A stretch of 64,000 nucleotides of DNA, taken from Kiloniellaceae bacterium. GTDB taxonomy: Bacteria; Pseudomonadota; Alphaproteobacteria; Kiloniellales; J153. The stretch is from positions 247,106-311,105 of the forward strand of contig JAJFGJ010000036.1 of the NCBI GenBank assembly GCA_021776175.1, given 5' to 3'. The notes beneath the pieces are model-generated. The model saw only the letters and a program-made list of their open reading frames with translations, made no database searches and was not told where the DNA came from. The position numbers and the translations under genes were made by a program. Shown here piece after piece: positions 17,578 to 26,232 of this stretch; the stretch's first letter is position 1; every line of letters begins with the position of its first letter.

Positions 17578-19204
17578 ACTGGCCAACGGCGGTAAGGGTG
17601 AAGTCTTGCTGGAAATGCGGGGTCTGCGCATCGAGGGTCAAGCCGACGAGATATGGCACGAGATCGTGTGCGGTATCGATTTGACCCTGCGCCGGGGCGA
17701 GGTTTTGGGCTTGATCGGCGAATCGGGCGCCGGAAAATCGACCATCGGAATCGCCGCCATGGGCTTTACCCGGCCCGGCTGCCGGATCAGCGGCGGGACG
17801 ATCACCTTCGACGGCATCGAGCTAACCAGCGCCCCAGAAGAAACCAAGCGGCGCCTTCGCGGCTCCCGCATCGCCTATGTCGCGCAGAGCGCCGCCGCTT
17901 CTTTCAATCCAGCGCACAAATTGATCCAGCAATTCTCCGAGGCCCCGGTCCAGCATGGAGTTCTGAACTCCAGCCAGGCGGCGAAGGACGCCATCGACAT
18001 TTATCACCGCCTACAGATGCCCGAGCCCGACTCCATTGGTTTTCGCTATCCCCATCAGGTTTCCGGTGGCCAGCTGCAGCGCGCCATGGTCGCCATGGCC
18101 ATGGCGTGCAAACCGGACCTGATCGTCTTTGATGAGCCGACGACTGCACTGGACGTCACCACCCAGATCGAGGTCCTGGCCGCAATCAAGGACATCGTGC
18201 ATCAATTCAACACGGCAGCAATCTACATCTCGCACGACTTGGCCGTGGTCGCCCAGCTCGCGGACCGTATTATGGTCTTGCGCTACGGCAACTTGATCGA
18301 GGAAGGCGAAACCCGCGCCATGCTGGATAGGCCGGAAGAGACCTATACCCGCCAACTCCTGGCGGTCCGCTCCTACCGCCGGGACGAATCTCCGCCCACG
18401 AAAGAAGACCCGCCGCTCCTGGAGGTGCGGGGTATTTCCGCCGGTTACGGCCCGCATATCAAGGTGCTGGACGACGTTAGCGTGAAAATCGGACGCAAGC
18501 GCACAGTCGCCGTGGTCGGCGAATCCGGGAGCGGAAAAAGCACCCTGGCGCGCGTCGTCACCGGCCTGCTGCCGCCCTATCAGGGCGAAGTATTCTTCAA
18601 GGGCCAAGCCTTGCCGCCATCCTATAAAAACCGCACCCAGGACCAACTCCGCCAAGTTCAGATGATCTATCAGATGCCCGATGTGGCGCTGAATCCGAAA
18701 CAGAAAGTGCGCGACGTGATCGGCCGGCCACTGGCGTTCTACTTGAACATGAACGAAGCGGCCCGCAATCGGCGCGTGAGTGATCTTTTAGAGATGATCG
18801 AGCTGCCCGCCGATTTCGCCGACCGCCTACCTGGCGAACTTTCAGGCGGGCAGAAGCAAAGAATCTGCATCGCCCGCGCCTTGGCGGCGGAGCCGGAATT
18901 GATCATCTGCGACGAGGTGACTTCGGCCCTAGACCAACTGGTCGCCGAGGAAATACTGAAGCTTCTGCAACGTCTTCAGGACGATCTGGAAGTGTCCTAC
19001 CTCTTCATCACCCACGACCTGGCGACAGTTCGGGCTATTTCGGATGAGATCGTGGTCATGCTACAGGGGCGCGTGGTTCAACAGGGCGGCAAGACTAAGG
19101 TCCTGACCCCGCCCCATCACGAATACACAGAACTCCTATTGTCGTCGGTCCCGGAGATGGATCCGGACTGGCTGGACGACCTTCTTGAGAAGCGCGCTTC
19201 CTAA
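17567..19204 (+). CDS. Fused two-domain ABC ATPase (DppD/DppF-like)
   Basis: In-frame ATG (MTSKLANGGKGEVLLEMRGLRIEG) inside track ORF 17444..19204, overlapping the permease stop. It has two Walker A motifs (GESGAGKST, GESGSGKST) and two signature motifs (VSGGQLQR, LSGGQKQR). Confidence 0.88.
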   Translation: MTSKLANGGKGEVLLEMRGLRIEGQADEIWHEIVCGIDLTLRRGEVLGLIGESGAGKSTIGIAAMGFTRPGCRISGGTITFDGIELTSAPEETKRRLRGSRIAYVAQSAAASFNPAHKLIQQFSEAPVQHGVLNSSQAAKDAIDIYHRLQMPEPDSIGFRYPHQVSGGQLQRAMVAMAMACKPDLIVFDEPTTALDVTTQIEVLAAIKDIVHQFNTAAIYISHDLAVVAQLADRIMVLRYGNLIEEGETRAMLDRPEETYTRQLLAVRSYRRDESPPTKEDPPLLEVRGISAGYGPHIKVLDDVSVKIGRKRTVAVVGESGSGKSTLARVVTGLLPPYQGEVFFKGQALPPSYKNRTQDQLRQVQMIYQMPDVALNPKQKVRDVIGRPLAFYLNMNEAARNRRVSDLLEMIELPADFADRLPGELSGGQKQRICIARALAAEPELIICDEVTSALDQLVAEEILKLLQRLQDDLEVSYLFITHDLATVRAISDEIVVMLQGRVVQQGGKTKVLTPPHHEYTELLLSSVPEMDPDWLDDLLEKRAS

Positions 19205-19214
19205 ATGCGATGTA

Positions 19215-20111
19215 TCAAGATAGCACGAATTCCGATTTACGGAATCCCTGGATATATAAAAGAGCCGTCAGGTCGCCATGGTCGACGCAGGCGCTGGCAT
19301 GCTTTTTTAGGTTGTCGGAACCGTGAAAGGCGACGCCGAGCCCGGCGGCTTCGATCATTTTAATATCGTTGGCCCCATCGCCGACCGCGAGCACATCGCA
19401 AGGCGCCAAGCCTTTTTCCGCGCATAGCCTGGTCAAGGTGCTCAGCTTCGCGGAGCGCCCAAGGATCGGCTCCATCACCTCCCCCGTCAGCTTTCCATCC
19501 TTAAAGGCCAAGTTGTTTCCCTGTTGGTCGTGAAAGCCGATACGTTCGGCGATGCGGCGGGTAAAAAAGCTGAAACCGCCGGAAACGAGAATGCAAAACG
19601 CCCCGTGGCGGCGCATGGTTTGAACGAATTTTCGCGCCCCTGGCATAAGTGAAATTCTTTCCTCATAAACACTTTCAAGCAGGCCGCGCTCCATTCCTTT
19701 CATCAATCCCAGGCGTTCGCGTAAAGCGTCGGAGAAGCTTATGTCTCCGTTGATAACGGCTGCCGTGATCTCTCTGATCCGCGGCCCAACGCCAAATGCA
19801 TCGCCCAGTTCATCGATGCACTCCTGGTTGATGACTGTGGAGTCCATGTCGGATATCAGCAGCTTCTTGCGCCGCCCTAGGATGGGTATGCACACCGCGT
19901 CTATCGCGGTCCCGCGCAATGCATCGCGCGCCTGCCCAGCTATGTCGAGGGCGGAGAGGGGAGAGTCGATGAAAAGATCGCAAGCTTCCTTTTCCGCCAG
20001 CCAGTCGATACCGCCTGTCGTCGCCAGCCGATGATAAACCCGTTCAAGATGAACGGGTTCAAGGGGGGCCGATCTGGCGTTGCCGATCAGGGTGAGCGCA
20101 TAGGAGGTCAT
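19215..20111 (-). CDS. serB: Phosphoserine phosphatase (HAD superfamily, SerB type)
   Basis: 298 aa. It has LISDMDSTVI (HAD motif I, DxDST), VSGG and GDGANDIKMIEAAGLGVAFH (motif IV). An N-terminal ACT-like extension is present. Confidence 0.8.
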   Translation of the reverse strand: MTSYALTLIGNARSAPLEPVHLERVYHRLATTGGIDWLAEKEACDLFIDSPLSALDIAGQARDALRGTAIDAVCIPILGRRKKLLISDMDSTVINQECIDELGDAFGVGPRIREITAAVINGDISFSDALRERLGLMKGMERGLLESVYEERISLMPGARKFVQTMRRHGAFCILVSGGFSFFTRRIAERIGFHDQQGNNLAFKDGKLTGEVMEPILGRSAKLSTLTRLCAEKGLAPCDVLAVGDGANDIKMIEAAGLGVAFHGSDNLKKHASACVDHGDLTALLYIQGFRKSEFVLS

Positions 20112-20171
20112 TCAGTTTGCCGTCATTTCGTCATCGCCATGGTTTTCGAATCGGCTTGCCCAACCGCCTCA

Positions 20172-20200
20172 TTGACATGCGAGACCGCGAAACATAGAGT
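20172..20200 (+). promoter_or_regulatory. Putative sigma70-type promoter of the GntR gene (TTGACA-17 nt-TAGAGT)
   Basis: TTGACA lies at 20172-20177 and TAGAGT at 20195-20200, with a 17-nt spacer. The predicted transcription start falls at about 20207, which coincides with the first ATG of the ORF. Confidence 0.4.
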
Positions 20201-20206
20201 TCGATC

Positions 20207-21010
20207 ATGAACAATACTTGGACTATACCACAAACGATCCATTGGTCGATACCAAACGAAACGCGAAAATCCTGGGATCGCAGGATTCCCTACTATATGC
20301 GTTTGCGGGACCATTTCACGGCCATGATCGAGGCCGGAACGCTGGCGCCGGGAACCAAGCTGGCGCCGGAGCGGACACTAGCCGAAGAATTCTCCATCAC
20401 CAGAGTCACGGTGCGCCAGGCCTTGACACGCATGGAGGCCGAGGGCCTGATTTTCCGCGAAGAACGGCGCGGGTGGTTCGTCTCCCCGCCCCGGGTCCGT
20501 TACGACCCGACCGCGAACACCAGCTTTACCGAAAGCATCACCGAGCAGGGCCGGGTGGCCGGCACCACCGTCCTGTCCAAACACCAAATCGCGGCTTCCC
20601 AGTGGGAAAGCGCTAATCTGGGTTGTGCCGTCGGCGATCCCTTATTCGCCATTAGCCGCCTGCGGGCGGTCGATGGGCGGGCGGTCCTGGTCGAACAAAT
20701 CCATGTCAAGGCGGAGCGCTGCCCCGGTCTTCTGGAGTATCCGCTCGATCAATCCATGACCGGTCTGATGTCGGAGAAATACGGCATTGTCGAGCATCGG
20801 GCGCAAATCAACATGCGCCCGACAGCCCTATCGGAAGTCCCGGCCAAGGCCCTTGGGGTCGCGGTCGGAACGCCCAGCCTTTACCTGTCGCGGGCGATTC
20901 TCGATCAGTTCAACGAAGTAATTGAATTCGATCAGGAATTTTGGCGTCACGACGCCATCGACATCTGCGTCTCGGCGACGGGGAGCCTTAAAGAGACGGC
21001 GAACGGATAG
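20207..21010 (+). CDS. GntR-family transcriptional regulator, HutC subfamily (winged HTH plus UTRA domain)
   Basis: 267 aa. [56 protein letters not shown] is a canonical GntR wHTH, and the C-terminal roughly 150 aa look like a UTRA domain. The start could be 20207 or the ATG at 20297. The 20297 start would cut into the conserved P-Y-Y position, so I favour 20207. Confidence 0.85.
   Translation: MNNTWTIPQTIHWSIPNETRKSWDRRIPYYMRLRDHFTAMIEAGTLAPGTKLAPERTLAEEFSITRVTVRQALTRMEAEGLIFREERRGWFVSPPRVRYDPTANTSFTESITEQGRVAGTTVLSKHQIAASQWESANLGCAVGDPLFAISRLRAVDGRAVLVEQIHVKAERCPGLLEYPLDQSMTGLMSEKYGIVEHRAQINMRPTALSEVPAKALGVAVGTPSLYLSRAILDQFNEVIEFDQEFWRHDAIDICVSATGSLKETANG
20219..20254. promoter_or_regulatory. 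Pair of TGGN-N4-ACCA boxes (candidate GntR autoregulatory operators)
   Basis: TGGACTATACCA lies at 20219-20230 and TGGTCGATACCA at 20243-20254, 24 bp apart. Both sit just downstream of the predicted promoter. They share the TTGG..TA.ACCA pattern with the boxes at 21804-21838. Confidence 0.45.
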
Positions 21011-21033
21011 GGAAAAACAGGAGGAAATACAAG

Positions 21034-21789
21034 ATGCCGGACCCAGCGCCGATCATCGTGGTCAAGGATATCAGCAAGACCTTCGATATCCCGGGGCGCC
21101 CGCCCGTTCATGCACTCCGCCACGTCACCAACCATGTCGACAAGGGCGAGGTCCTGGTCGTGATTGGACCCAGCGGCTCGGGCAAGAGTACGTTTCTGCG
21201 GGCGCTTAATGGATTGCAGCCGGTCGACAGCGGTTCCATCGTCATCGACGGCGTTGAACTGACCGATCCCAAGACCGACCTCAACCGTTTGCGCCAGGGT
21301 GTCGGTATGGTGTTCCAGCATTTCAACCTGTTCCAGCATAAAACCGCGCTGGAAAACATCACCATGCCGCAAATGGTCGTTCTCAAGCGCCCTCAGGGTG
21401 AGGCCGAGGAAATCGGCAACCGCTTGCTCAAGCGGGTCGGTATCGGCGACAAGGGGGGCAGTTATCCAAGCGAGCTCTCCGGCGGACAGCAGCAGCGCGT
21501 CGCCATCGCCCGCTCGCTAGCCATGACGCCCAAGGTCATGCTGTTCGACGAGGCGACCTCGGCGCTCGACCCGGAAACGGTCGGCGGGGTCCTCGAACTC
21601 ATGAAAGATCTGGCCGCCGACGGGACCACCATGGTCGTCGTGACTCACGAGATGGGTTTCGCCCGCGAGGCCGCCGACCGGGTTACCTTCATGGACGAGG
21701 GCGCGATCATCGAGGAAGGCATCCCCGAGTCGATCTTCGACAATCCGCAGCATGACCGTACCAAATTGTTCCTCAGCCAGATCATTTAG
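21034..21789 (+). CDS. Polar amino-acid ABC transporter ATP-binding protein (EhuA/GlnQ-like)
   Basis: 251 aa. It has Walker [10 protein letters not shown], the signature [13 protein letters not shown], Walker [12 protein letters not shown] and the C-terminal motif RTKLFLSQI typical of polar amino-acid systems. Confidence 0.9.
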   Translation: MPDPAPIIVVKDISKTFDIPGRPPVHALRHVTNHVDKGEVLVVIGPSGSGKSTFLRALNGLQPVDSGSIVIDGVELTDPKTDLNRLRQGVGMVFQHFNLFQHKTALENITMPQMVVLKRPQGEAEEIGNRLLKRVGIGDKGGSYPSELSGGQQQRVAIARSLAMTPKVMLFDEATSALDPETVGGVLELMKDLAADGTTMVVVTHEMGFAREAADRVTFMDEGAIIEEGIPESIFDNPQHDRTKLFLSQII

Positions 21790-21803
21790 GGGCGGTTAAT
21801 TAT

Positions 21804-21838
21804 TGGTATAGATCACAAAAGTATATTGGTATATACCA
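21804..21838. promoter_or_regulatory. Candidate GntR/HutC operator pair, including a perfect 12-bp palindrome TGGTATATACCA
   Basis: TGGTATAGATCA lies at 21804-21815 and the perfect palindrome TGGTATATACCA at 21827-21838. The palindrome contains the GT-N-TA-N-AC core associated with the HutC subfamily. Both boxes sit inside a direct repeat TATTGGTATA (21801-21810 and 21824-21833), within an AT-rich 154-bp gap between the ATPase and binding-protein genes. Confidence 0.5.
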
Positions 21839-21943
21839 TATGGACCGAGACGCTGGACGCCCTGGCGAAGGTGGCCTAAACGCCACCGATTGCGGGATCG
21901 AACAACCAGGCAACAAACAAATAACCAAAGGGAGACTGTAGAG

Positions 21944-22738
21944 ATGAGAAAAATCACGAAATTACTGGGGTTAGGGCTCTGCGCGCTAGGGATGAGCGCG
22001 GTCGCCCAATCGGCCTCGGCCGACGTGTTGAAGGACATCGTCAAGCGCGGCGAACTCCGCGTCGCCGTTCAAACCCAAGGGCCGCCCGTGAGCTTTGTCG
22101 ACAAGAACGGCGAGCGCACCGGCTTCGCCATCGAGGTCGTCAAGATGATGGCCAAGGACATGGGCGTCGAGCTTAAGCTTCTCGATTACGACTGGAAGGG
22201 TCTGATCCCGGCCGTCAACTCGGGGAAGGCCGATTTCCTGGCTGCGGACATGACGCCCAACGCCAAGCGTACACTGGTCCTGAGCTTCACCGAGCCCTAC
22301 CTCTATAGCGACGTGGTCCTCTATTCCAAGAAGAGCCAGTCGTTCGTTAAATGGCAGGACGCCTGCAAGGGCGGCGTGTCCATCGGCGCCGTTCAGGGCA
22401 GCAGCAATGTCGGCCTACTGAAGAAGAAGTGCCCGGATTCGACCATCAAGGAGTTCGCCGGCGGTGGCGCCGCGGTTGCTCAGGCGGTTGCCGCTGACCG
22501 TGCCGACGCGGGAATCAACGATATCGCATCGGCCGCCGGTTACATGATCGAGTACCCGGAATTCAAGGTTCTCGACGGGGCGCCGAAGCGTTGGCCCCTG
22601 AGTTTCGCCACCCGTCCGGATGAGAATCATCTGCTGCGCTGGATGGACAATTATTTCATGCTGATCCGCAACGACGGGCGCTTGGAAACCTTGGCGGACT
22701 ACTGGATGCGCGGCCCGACCTGGAAGAAAGACCACTAA
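21944..22738 (+). CDS. Amino-acid ABC transporter substrate-binding protein, family 3 (EhuB-like by position)
   Basis: In-frame ATG (MRKITKLLGLGLCALGMSAVAQSASA, a signal peptide) inside track ORF 21890..22738. A GGGAG-type SD sequence lies upstream. GELRVAVQTQGPPVSFVDKNGERTGFAIEV is typical of family-3 binding proteins. Confidence 0.88.
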   Translation: MRKITKLLGLGLCALGMSAVAQSASADVLKDIVKRGELRVAVQTQGPPVSFVDKNGERTGFAIEVVKMMAKDMGVELKLLDYDWKGLIPAVNSGKADFLAADMTPNAKRTLVLSFTEPYLYSDVVLYSKKSQSFVKWQDACKGGVSIGAVQGSSNVGLLKKKCPDSTIKEFAGGGAAVAQAVAADRADAGINDIASAAGYMIEYPEFKVLDGAPKRWPLSFATRPDENHLLRWMDNYFMLIRNDGRLETLADYWMRGPTWKKDH

Positions 22739-22765
22739 GTTTAGAGCTTCCATGAGTTAGGAGCC

Positions 22766-22811
22766 CCGGGGGTTCCGCCAGAGCCGCGGAACCCCCGGAT
22801 TTCTTCTGTTA
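22766..22811 (+). terminator. Stem-loop (13-bp perfect stem, 7-nt loop) plus U-rich tail after the binding-protein gene; intrinsic terminator or attenuator
   Basis: CCGGGGGTTCCGC (22766-22778) pairs with GCGGAACCCCCGG (22786-22798) and is followed by ATTTCTTCTGTT. It lies 28 nt after the binding-protein stop and 41 nt before the permease start. Confidence 0.55.
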
Positions 22812-22851
22812 GGGATTCGCGTCGCGAAATGACCAACGGCGAGTCTAGGAA

Positions 22852-23535
22852 ATGGACTGGATTCTCGACTTCTATAACTTCCGGGTCGTTGCTCAGTACA
22901 TACCGGACTTCGCTCGCGGCCTGGGATCGACGGCGTGGATTTCCCTTCTCGCCTTAGTGATTTCACTCAGTGTCGGCACGGTCGTCGCCATCATGCGGAT
23001 GTCCGCCAATCAATTGTTGTGGCGGCCTGCCGCTGCCTACGTCCAGGCGATCCGTTCGACCCCGCTGCTCATCCAAATCTATGTGATCTATTTCACCTTG
23101 CCGGCGCTGCCCCTACTTGGACGCCGCCTGGACGAACTGGAAGGGGGCATCATCGCCCTTGGCCTCAACGCCGGCGCCTACATGAGCGAGATCATCCGCG
23201 CCGGCATCGAATCGATTTCCCGCGGCCAGGTCGAGGGCGCTCAGTCCGTCGGCATGACCTATCTGCAACGAATGCGTTATGTAGTCTTGCCGCAGGCAAT
23301 TGCCCGCGTCGCGCCTACCTTGCTCGGCCAGACCGCCGTTCTCATTAAAGATAGTTCCCTGGTCAGCTTTATTGGTGTGTTCGAACTCTTTGGTGCCGGC
23401 CTGCTCGTCTACAACGAACGCTTGATGCCGAACGAGGGGTACTTGACAGTCGCCGCCTGCTATTTGGCGATCTACGCCGTGATGCTTTCGCTAACCGGAT
23501 ACGCTCAACGCCGCCTCGGCGGGACTGCGGGGTAG
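22852..23535 (+). CDS. Amino-acid ABC transporter permease (EhuC/His-Glu-Gln-Arg-opine family)
   Basis: 227 aa. IRSTPLLIQIYVIYF and the EAA-loop GQVEGAQSVGMTYLQRMRYVVLPQA are typical of this family. Confidence 0.9.
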   Translation: MDWILDFYNFRVVAQYIPDFARGLGSTAWISLLALVISLSVGTVVAIMRMSANQLLWRPAAAYVQAIRSTPLLIQIYVIYFTLPALPLLGRRLDELEGGIIALGLNAGAYMSEIIRAGIESISRGQVEGAQSVGMTYLQRMRYVVLPQAIARVAPTLLGQTAVLIKDSSLVSFIGVFELFGAGLLVYNERLMPNEGYLTVAACYLAIYAVMLSLTGYAQRRLGGTAG

Positions 23536-23541
23536 GCGCGC

Positions 23542-24210
23542 ATGATCGACGTGATTCTATCGACCATGCCGTTTCTCCTGGAAGGTCTATGGATGACCTT
23601 CAAGATTTCCCTGATCACGATCTTTTTCGGTAGCCTGATCGGGACCGTGGTCGGCATGTTGCGGACCCTGGACTATGCCCTGATCACCTATCCGCTGGGG
23701 GCGTACATCCACGCACTGCGCGGAACCCCGTTCCTGATCCACCTTTACTTCGTCTATTTCATGCTCCCGGCGACAGGAATTTCATGGCTGCAGTTGGAAG
23801 CCTTTCCGGCCGCCGTCATCGCCCTCAGTCTCTACACCTCGACCTATGTCGCGGAAATTGTTCGCGGCGCCATAGAGGCCGTGCCGCGCGGCCAGAGCGA
23901 GGCGGCGCGCTCGACCGGCATGACCGCTCTTCAGACCATGTGGTACGTGGTGCTGCCGCAAGCCATGAAATTGATGATTCCACCCATGGGCGGGGTCTAT
24001 GTGATTATCATCAAGGGCACGTCCATCGTTTCGGTCATAGGCATCGCCGAGCTGGTCCGGGCCGGCGAGCACGCCACCCAGCGCCATCCCAGGGAGCTGA
24101 TGTTGATTTACGGCATGACCGCGATGATGTACTTCGCCTACTGCTATCCGGTTTTACGCCTTGCTCGCTGGGCCGAGGCCAAATTCGGCAGCGTGCGCTT
24201 GCCCTCGTGA
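23542..24210 (+). CDS. Amino-acid ABC transporter permease (EhuD-like)
   Basis: 222 aa. It has LRGTPFLIHLYFVYF and the EAA-loop GQSEAARSTGMTALQTMWYVVLPQA. Confidence 0.9.
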   Translation: MIDVILSTMPFLLEGLWMTFKISLITIFFGSLIGTVVGMLRTLDYALITYPLGAYIHALRGTPFLIHLYFVYFMLPATGISWLQLEAFPAAVIALSLYTSTYVAEIVRGAIEAVPRGQSEAARSTGMTALQTMWYVVLPQAMKLMIPPMGGVYVIIIKGTSIVSVIGIAELVRAGEHATQRHPRELMLIYGMTAMMYFAYCYPVLRLARWAEAKFGSVRLPS

Positions 24211-24253
24211 AGTCTTAGCTTTTCACGGCGAAAGAATTTTGTGAGCGGGTTCC

Positions 24254-25153
24254 GTGAAAATAGTTACTTACAACATCCAGTTCGGGCTGGGCAAAGACGG
24301 CTGTTACGATCTGGAGAGGATCGCCAGCGAGGTCGAGGGTGCCGATATCATCGCCCTGCAGGAAGTCGAGCGCTATTGGCGGCGCAGCGGCAATGTTGAT
24401 CAGCCGGCGCTACTGGGACAAATCCTGAACCGCTACTACTGGGTTTATGGCCCTTACTTCGATGTCGATGCCAGCACACCTCTAGCCGGGGGCGAGGTCA
24501 AGAATCTACGCCGCCAGTTCGGCAATATGATTTTGTCGAAAACGCCGATCCTGTCGAGCCGGCTTTTCCCGCTGCCTAAATCAGCCTTGCGCCAGCGCCA
24601 CAACATGGTCGTCGGGGTTCTCGAAGGGGTCGTCGAATTGCCTGGCGACGGCGCCTTGCGGATCTATAACGCCCATTTCAGCGCGCGCTCGCAGCATGAT
24701 CGTATGACGCAGATCGGTTCCATACGCGACACCATTCGCAGGGCGCCAGCCGAGGGCGGTGCCTGGACCGGCGGCCACGCGCATTCCTTATGGGTAGAGG
24801 ATGGCGCCCCACCTCCCATGCCCGAATCCTTCGTGTTGCTGGGGGATTTCAACCTGGAAGCCAAAGATCCCGAATACGATCATCTGGTCGGCCCCAGGGA
24901 TGGCGATCATGGCCGACTTACCTCAAAAGAGGAATTTATCGATACCTGGGTCGCGGCCGGACACGACGAAAACGAAGGGGTTACCTTCGCCGCCGATGGT
25001 CTCACCGATGACGCACAGGCCATGCGCATCGATTATGCTTTTGTCGATGCATCGATGAAAGATCGGGTTCTTGGGGCGCGGATTGACGTCGCGGCTCAAG
25101 GGTCGGACCACCAACCCTACTGGGTCGAGCTGGATTACGCGCCACATGGCTAG
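24254..25153 (+). CDS. Endonuclease/exonuclease/phosphatase (EEP) family protein
   Basis: 299 aa with a GTG start. MKIVTYNIQFG...ADIIALQEV...GDFN...SDHQP are the conserved EEP catalytic blocks. Confidence 0.8.
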   Translation: MKIVTYNIQFGLGKDGCYDLERIASEVEGADIIALQEVERYWRRSGNVDQPALLGQILNRYYWVYGPYFDVDASTPLAGGEVKNLRRQFGNMILSKTPILSSRLFPLPKSALRQRHNMVVGVLEGVVELPGDGALRIYNAHFSARSQHDRMTQIGSIRDTIRRAPAEGGAWTGGHAHSLWVEDGAPPPMPESFVLLGDFNLEAKDPEYDHLVGPRDGDHGRLTSKEEFIDTWVAAGHDENEGVTFAADGLTDDAQAMRIDYAFVDASMKDRVLGARIDVAAQGSDHQPYWVELDYAPHG

Positions 25154-25300
25154 TGTGGCGGCGAACAACTGACTTTGGCCGCGGGGCTGATTTCCCTGGG
25201 CTCACCCGTCGCTGGGCGATAGCTTCCTAAGCTGAGCAACCCAATCATTTTCCGACTTCGCGGCGGGGTGTTCACATCGCGCCGAACCAGGGGCCAAACC

Positions 25301-26230
25301 ATGAGCGAACCCAAGAGATTCTCCGGTATTCTATCCCCCGTGGTCACGCCCTTCGGGGCCGATCTGCGGCCCGATGCCGCGCGCCTCGCCCGGCAATGTC
25401 ATTGGCTGCTGTCGCAGAATTGCGGCCTGGCGGTCTTCGGCACCAATAGCGAAGCCAATTCGCTCTGCATCGAGGAAAAGATCGAGCTTCTAGATGCCTT
25501 GGTCGAGGCGGGGGTCGATCCAGCGCGCATGATGCCGGGAACCGGCGCCTGCGCTCTGCCCGATACCGTCCGCCTGACCGCGCACGCGGTTAAGCGCGGC
25601 TGCGCCGGCACCCTGATGCTGCCACCTTTCTACTACAAGGGGGTAAGCGACGAGGGCCTGTTTCGCGCCTATGCCGAGGTTATCGAGCGGGTCGGAGACG
25701 CGCGCTTGCGCATTTATCTCTATCACATTCCGCCCATCGCGCAGGTGCCGATCACCCTGGACTTGATCGAGCGTTTGATCGCGTCCTATCCCGACACCGT
25801 GGTTGGCATCAAGGACAGCTCCGGCGATTGGAGCAACACGGAGGCCATGCTCAATCGCTTTCCCGGCTTCACGGTTTTCGCGGGCAGTGAGTCTTTCTTG
25901 TTGCGTAACATGCGCGGCGGCGGCGCGGGCTGTATATCGGCGACCGCGAACATTAATCCGGCCGCGATCCATGGACTCTACGCCGAGTGGCAATCGCCCC
26001 AGGCCGAGGCCTTGCAGGCGGACCTGGACGCCTTGCGCGGCGTCTTGCAGAAGTTCCCCATGATTCCGGCGCTGAAGGCAACCGTCGCGCATTATTCCGG
26101 CGATGACGGGTGGCACCGCCTGCGCCCGCCCTTGGTGGAGTTGAGCGAGGACCAGCGCCAGGAACTCCTGGCGGCCTTGTCAGAGCGTAACTTCACCATG
26201 GCCGGCTTGCCGGAGCTCGCAGGGGCTTAG
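25301..26230 (+). CDS. Dihydrodipicolinate synthase/N-acetylneuraminate lyase family class I aldolase
   Basis: In-frame ATG (MSEPKRFSGILSPVVTPF) inside track ORF 25268..26230. It has GTNSEANSL, the YHIP motif and the Schiff-base lysine in VGIKDSSGD. Confidence 0.8.
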   Translation: MSEPKRFSGILSPVVTPFGADLRPDAARLARQCHWLLSQNCGLAVFGTNSEANSLCIEEKIELLDALVEAGVDPARMMPGTGACALPDTVRLTAHAVKRGCAGTLMLPPFYYKGVSDEGLFRAYAEVIERVGDARLRIYLYHIPPIAQVPITLDLIERLIASYPDTVVGIKDSSGDWSNTEAMLNRFPGFTVFAGSESFLLRNMRGGGAGCISATANINPAAIHGLYAEWQSPQAEALQADLDALRGVLQKFPMIPALKATVAHYSGDDGWHRLRPPLVELSEDQRQELLAALSERNFTMAGLPELAGA

Positions 26231-26232
26231 GC

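Noticed and set aside
19215-20300. Apparent dip in GC content across serB and the start of the GntR gene, considered as a horizontal-transfer signal
   Set aside because: I judged this only by eye and cannot compute a windowed GC or codon-adaptation profile here. No flanking repeats, tRNA or integrase support an island boundary.
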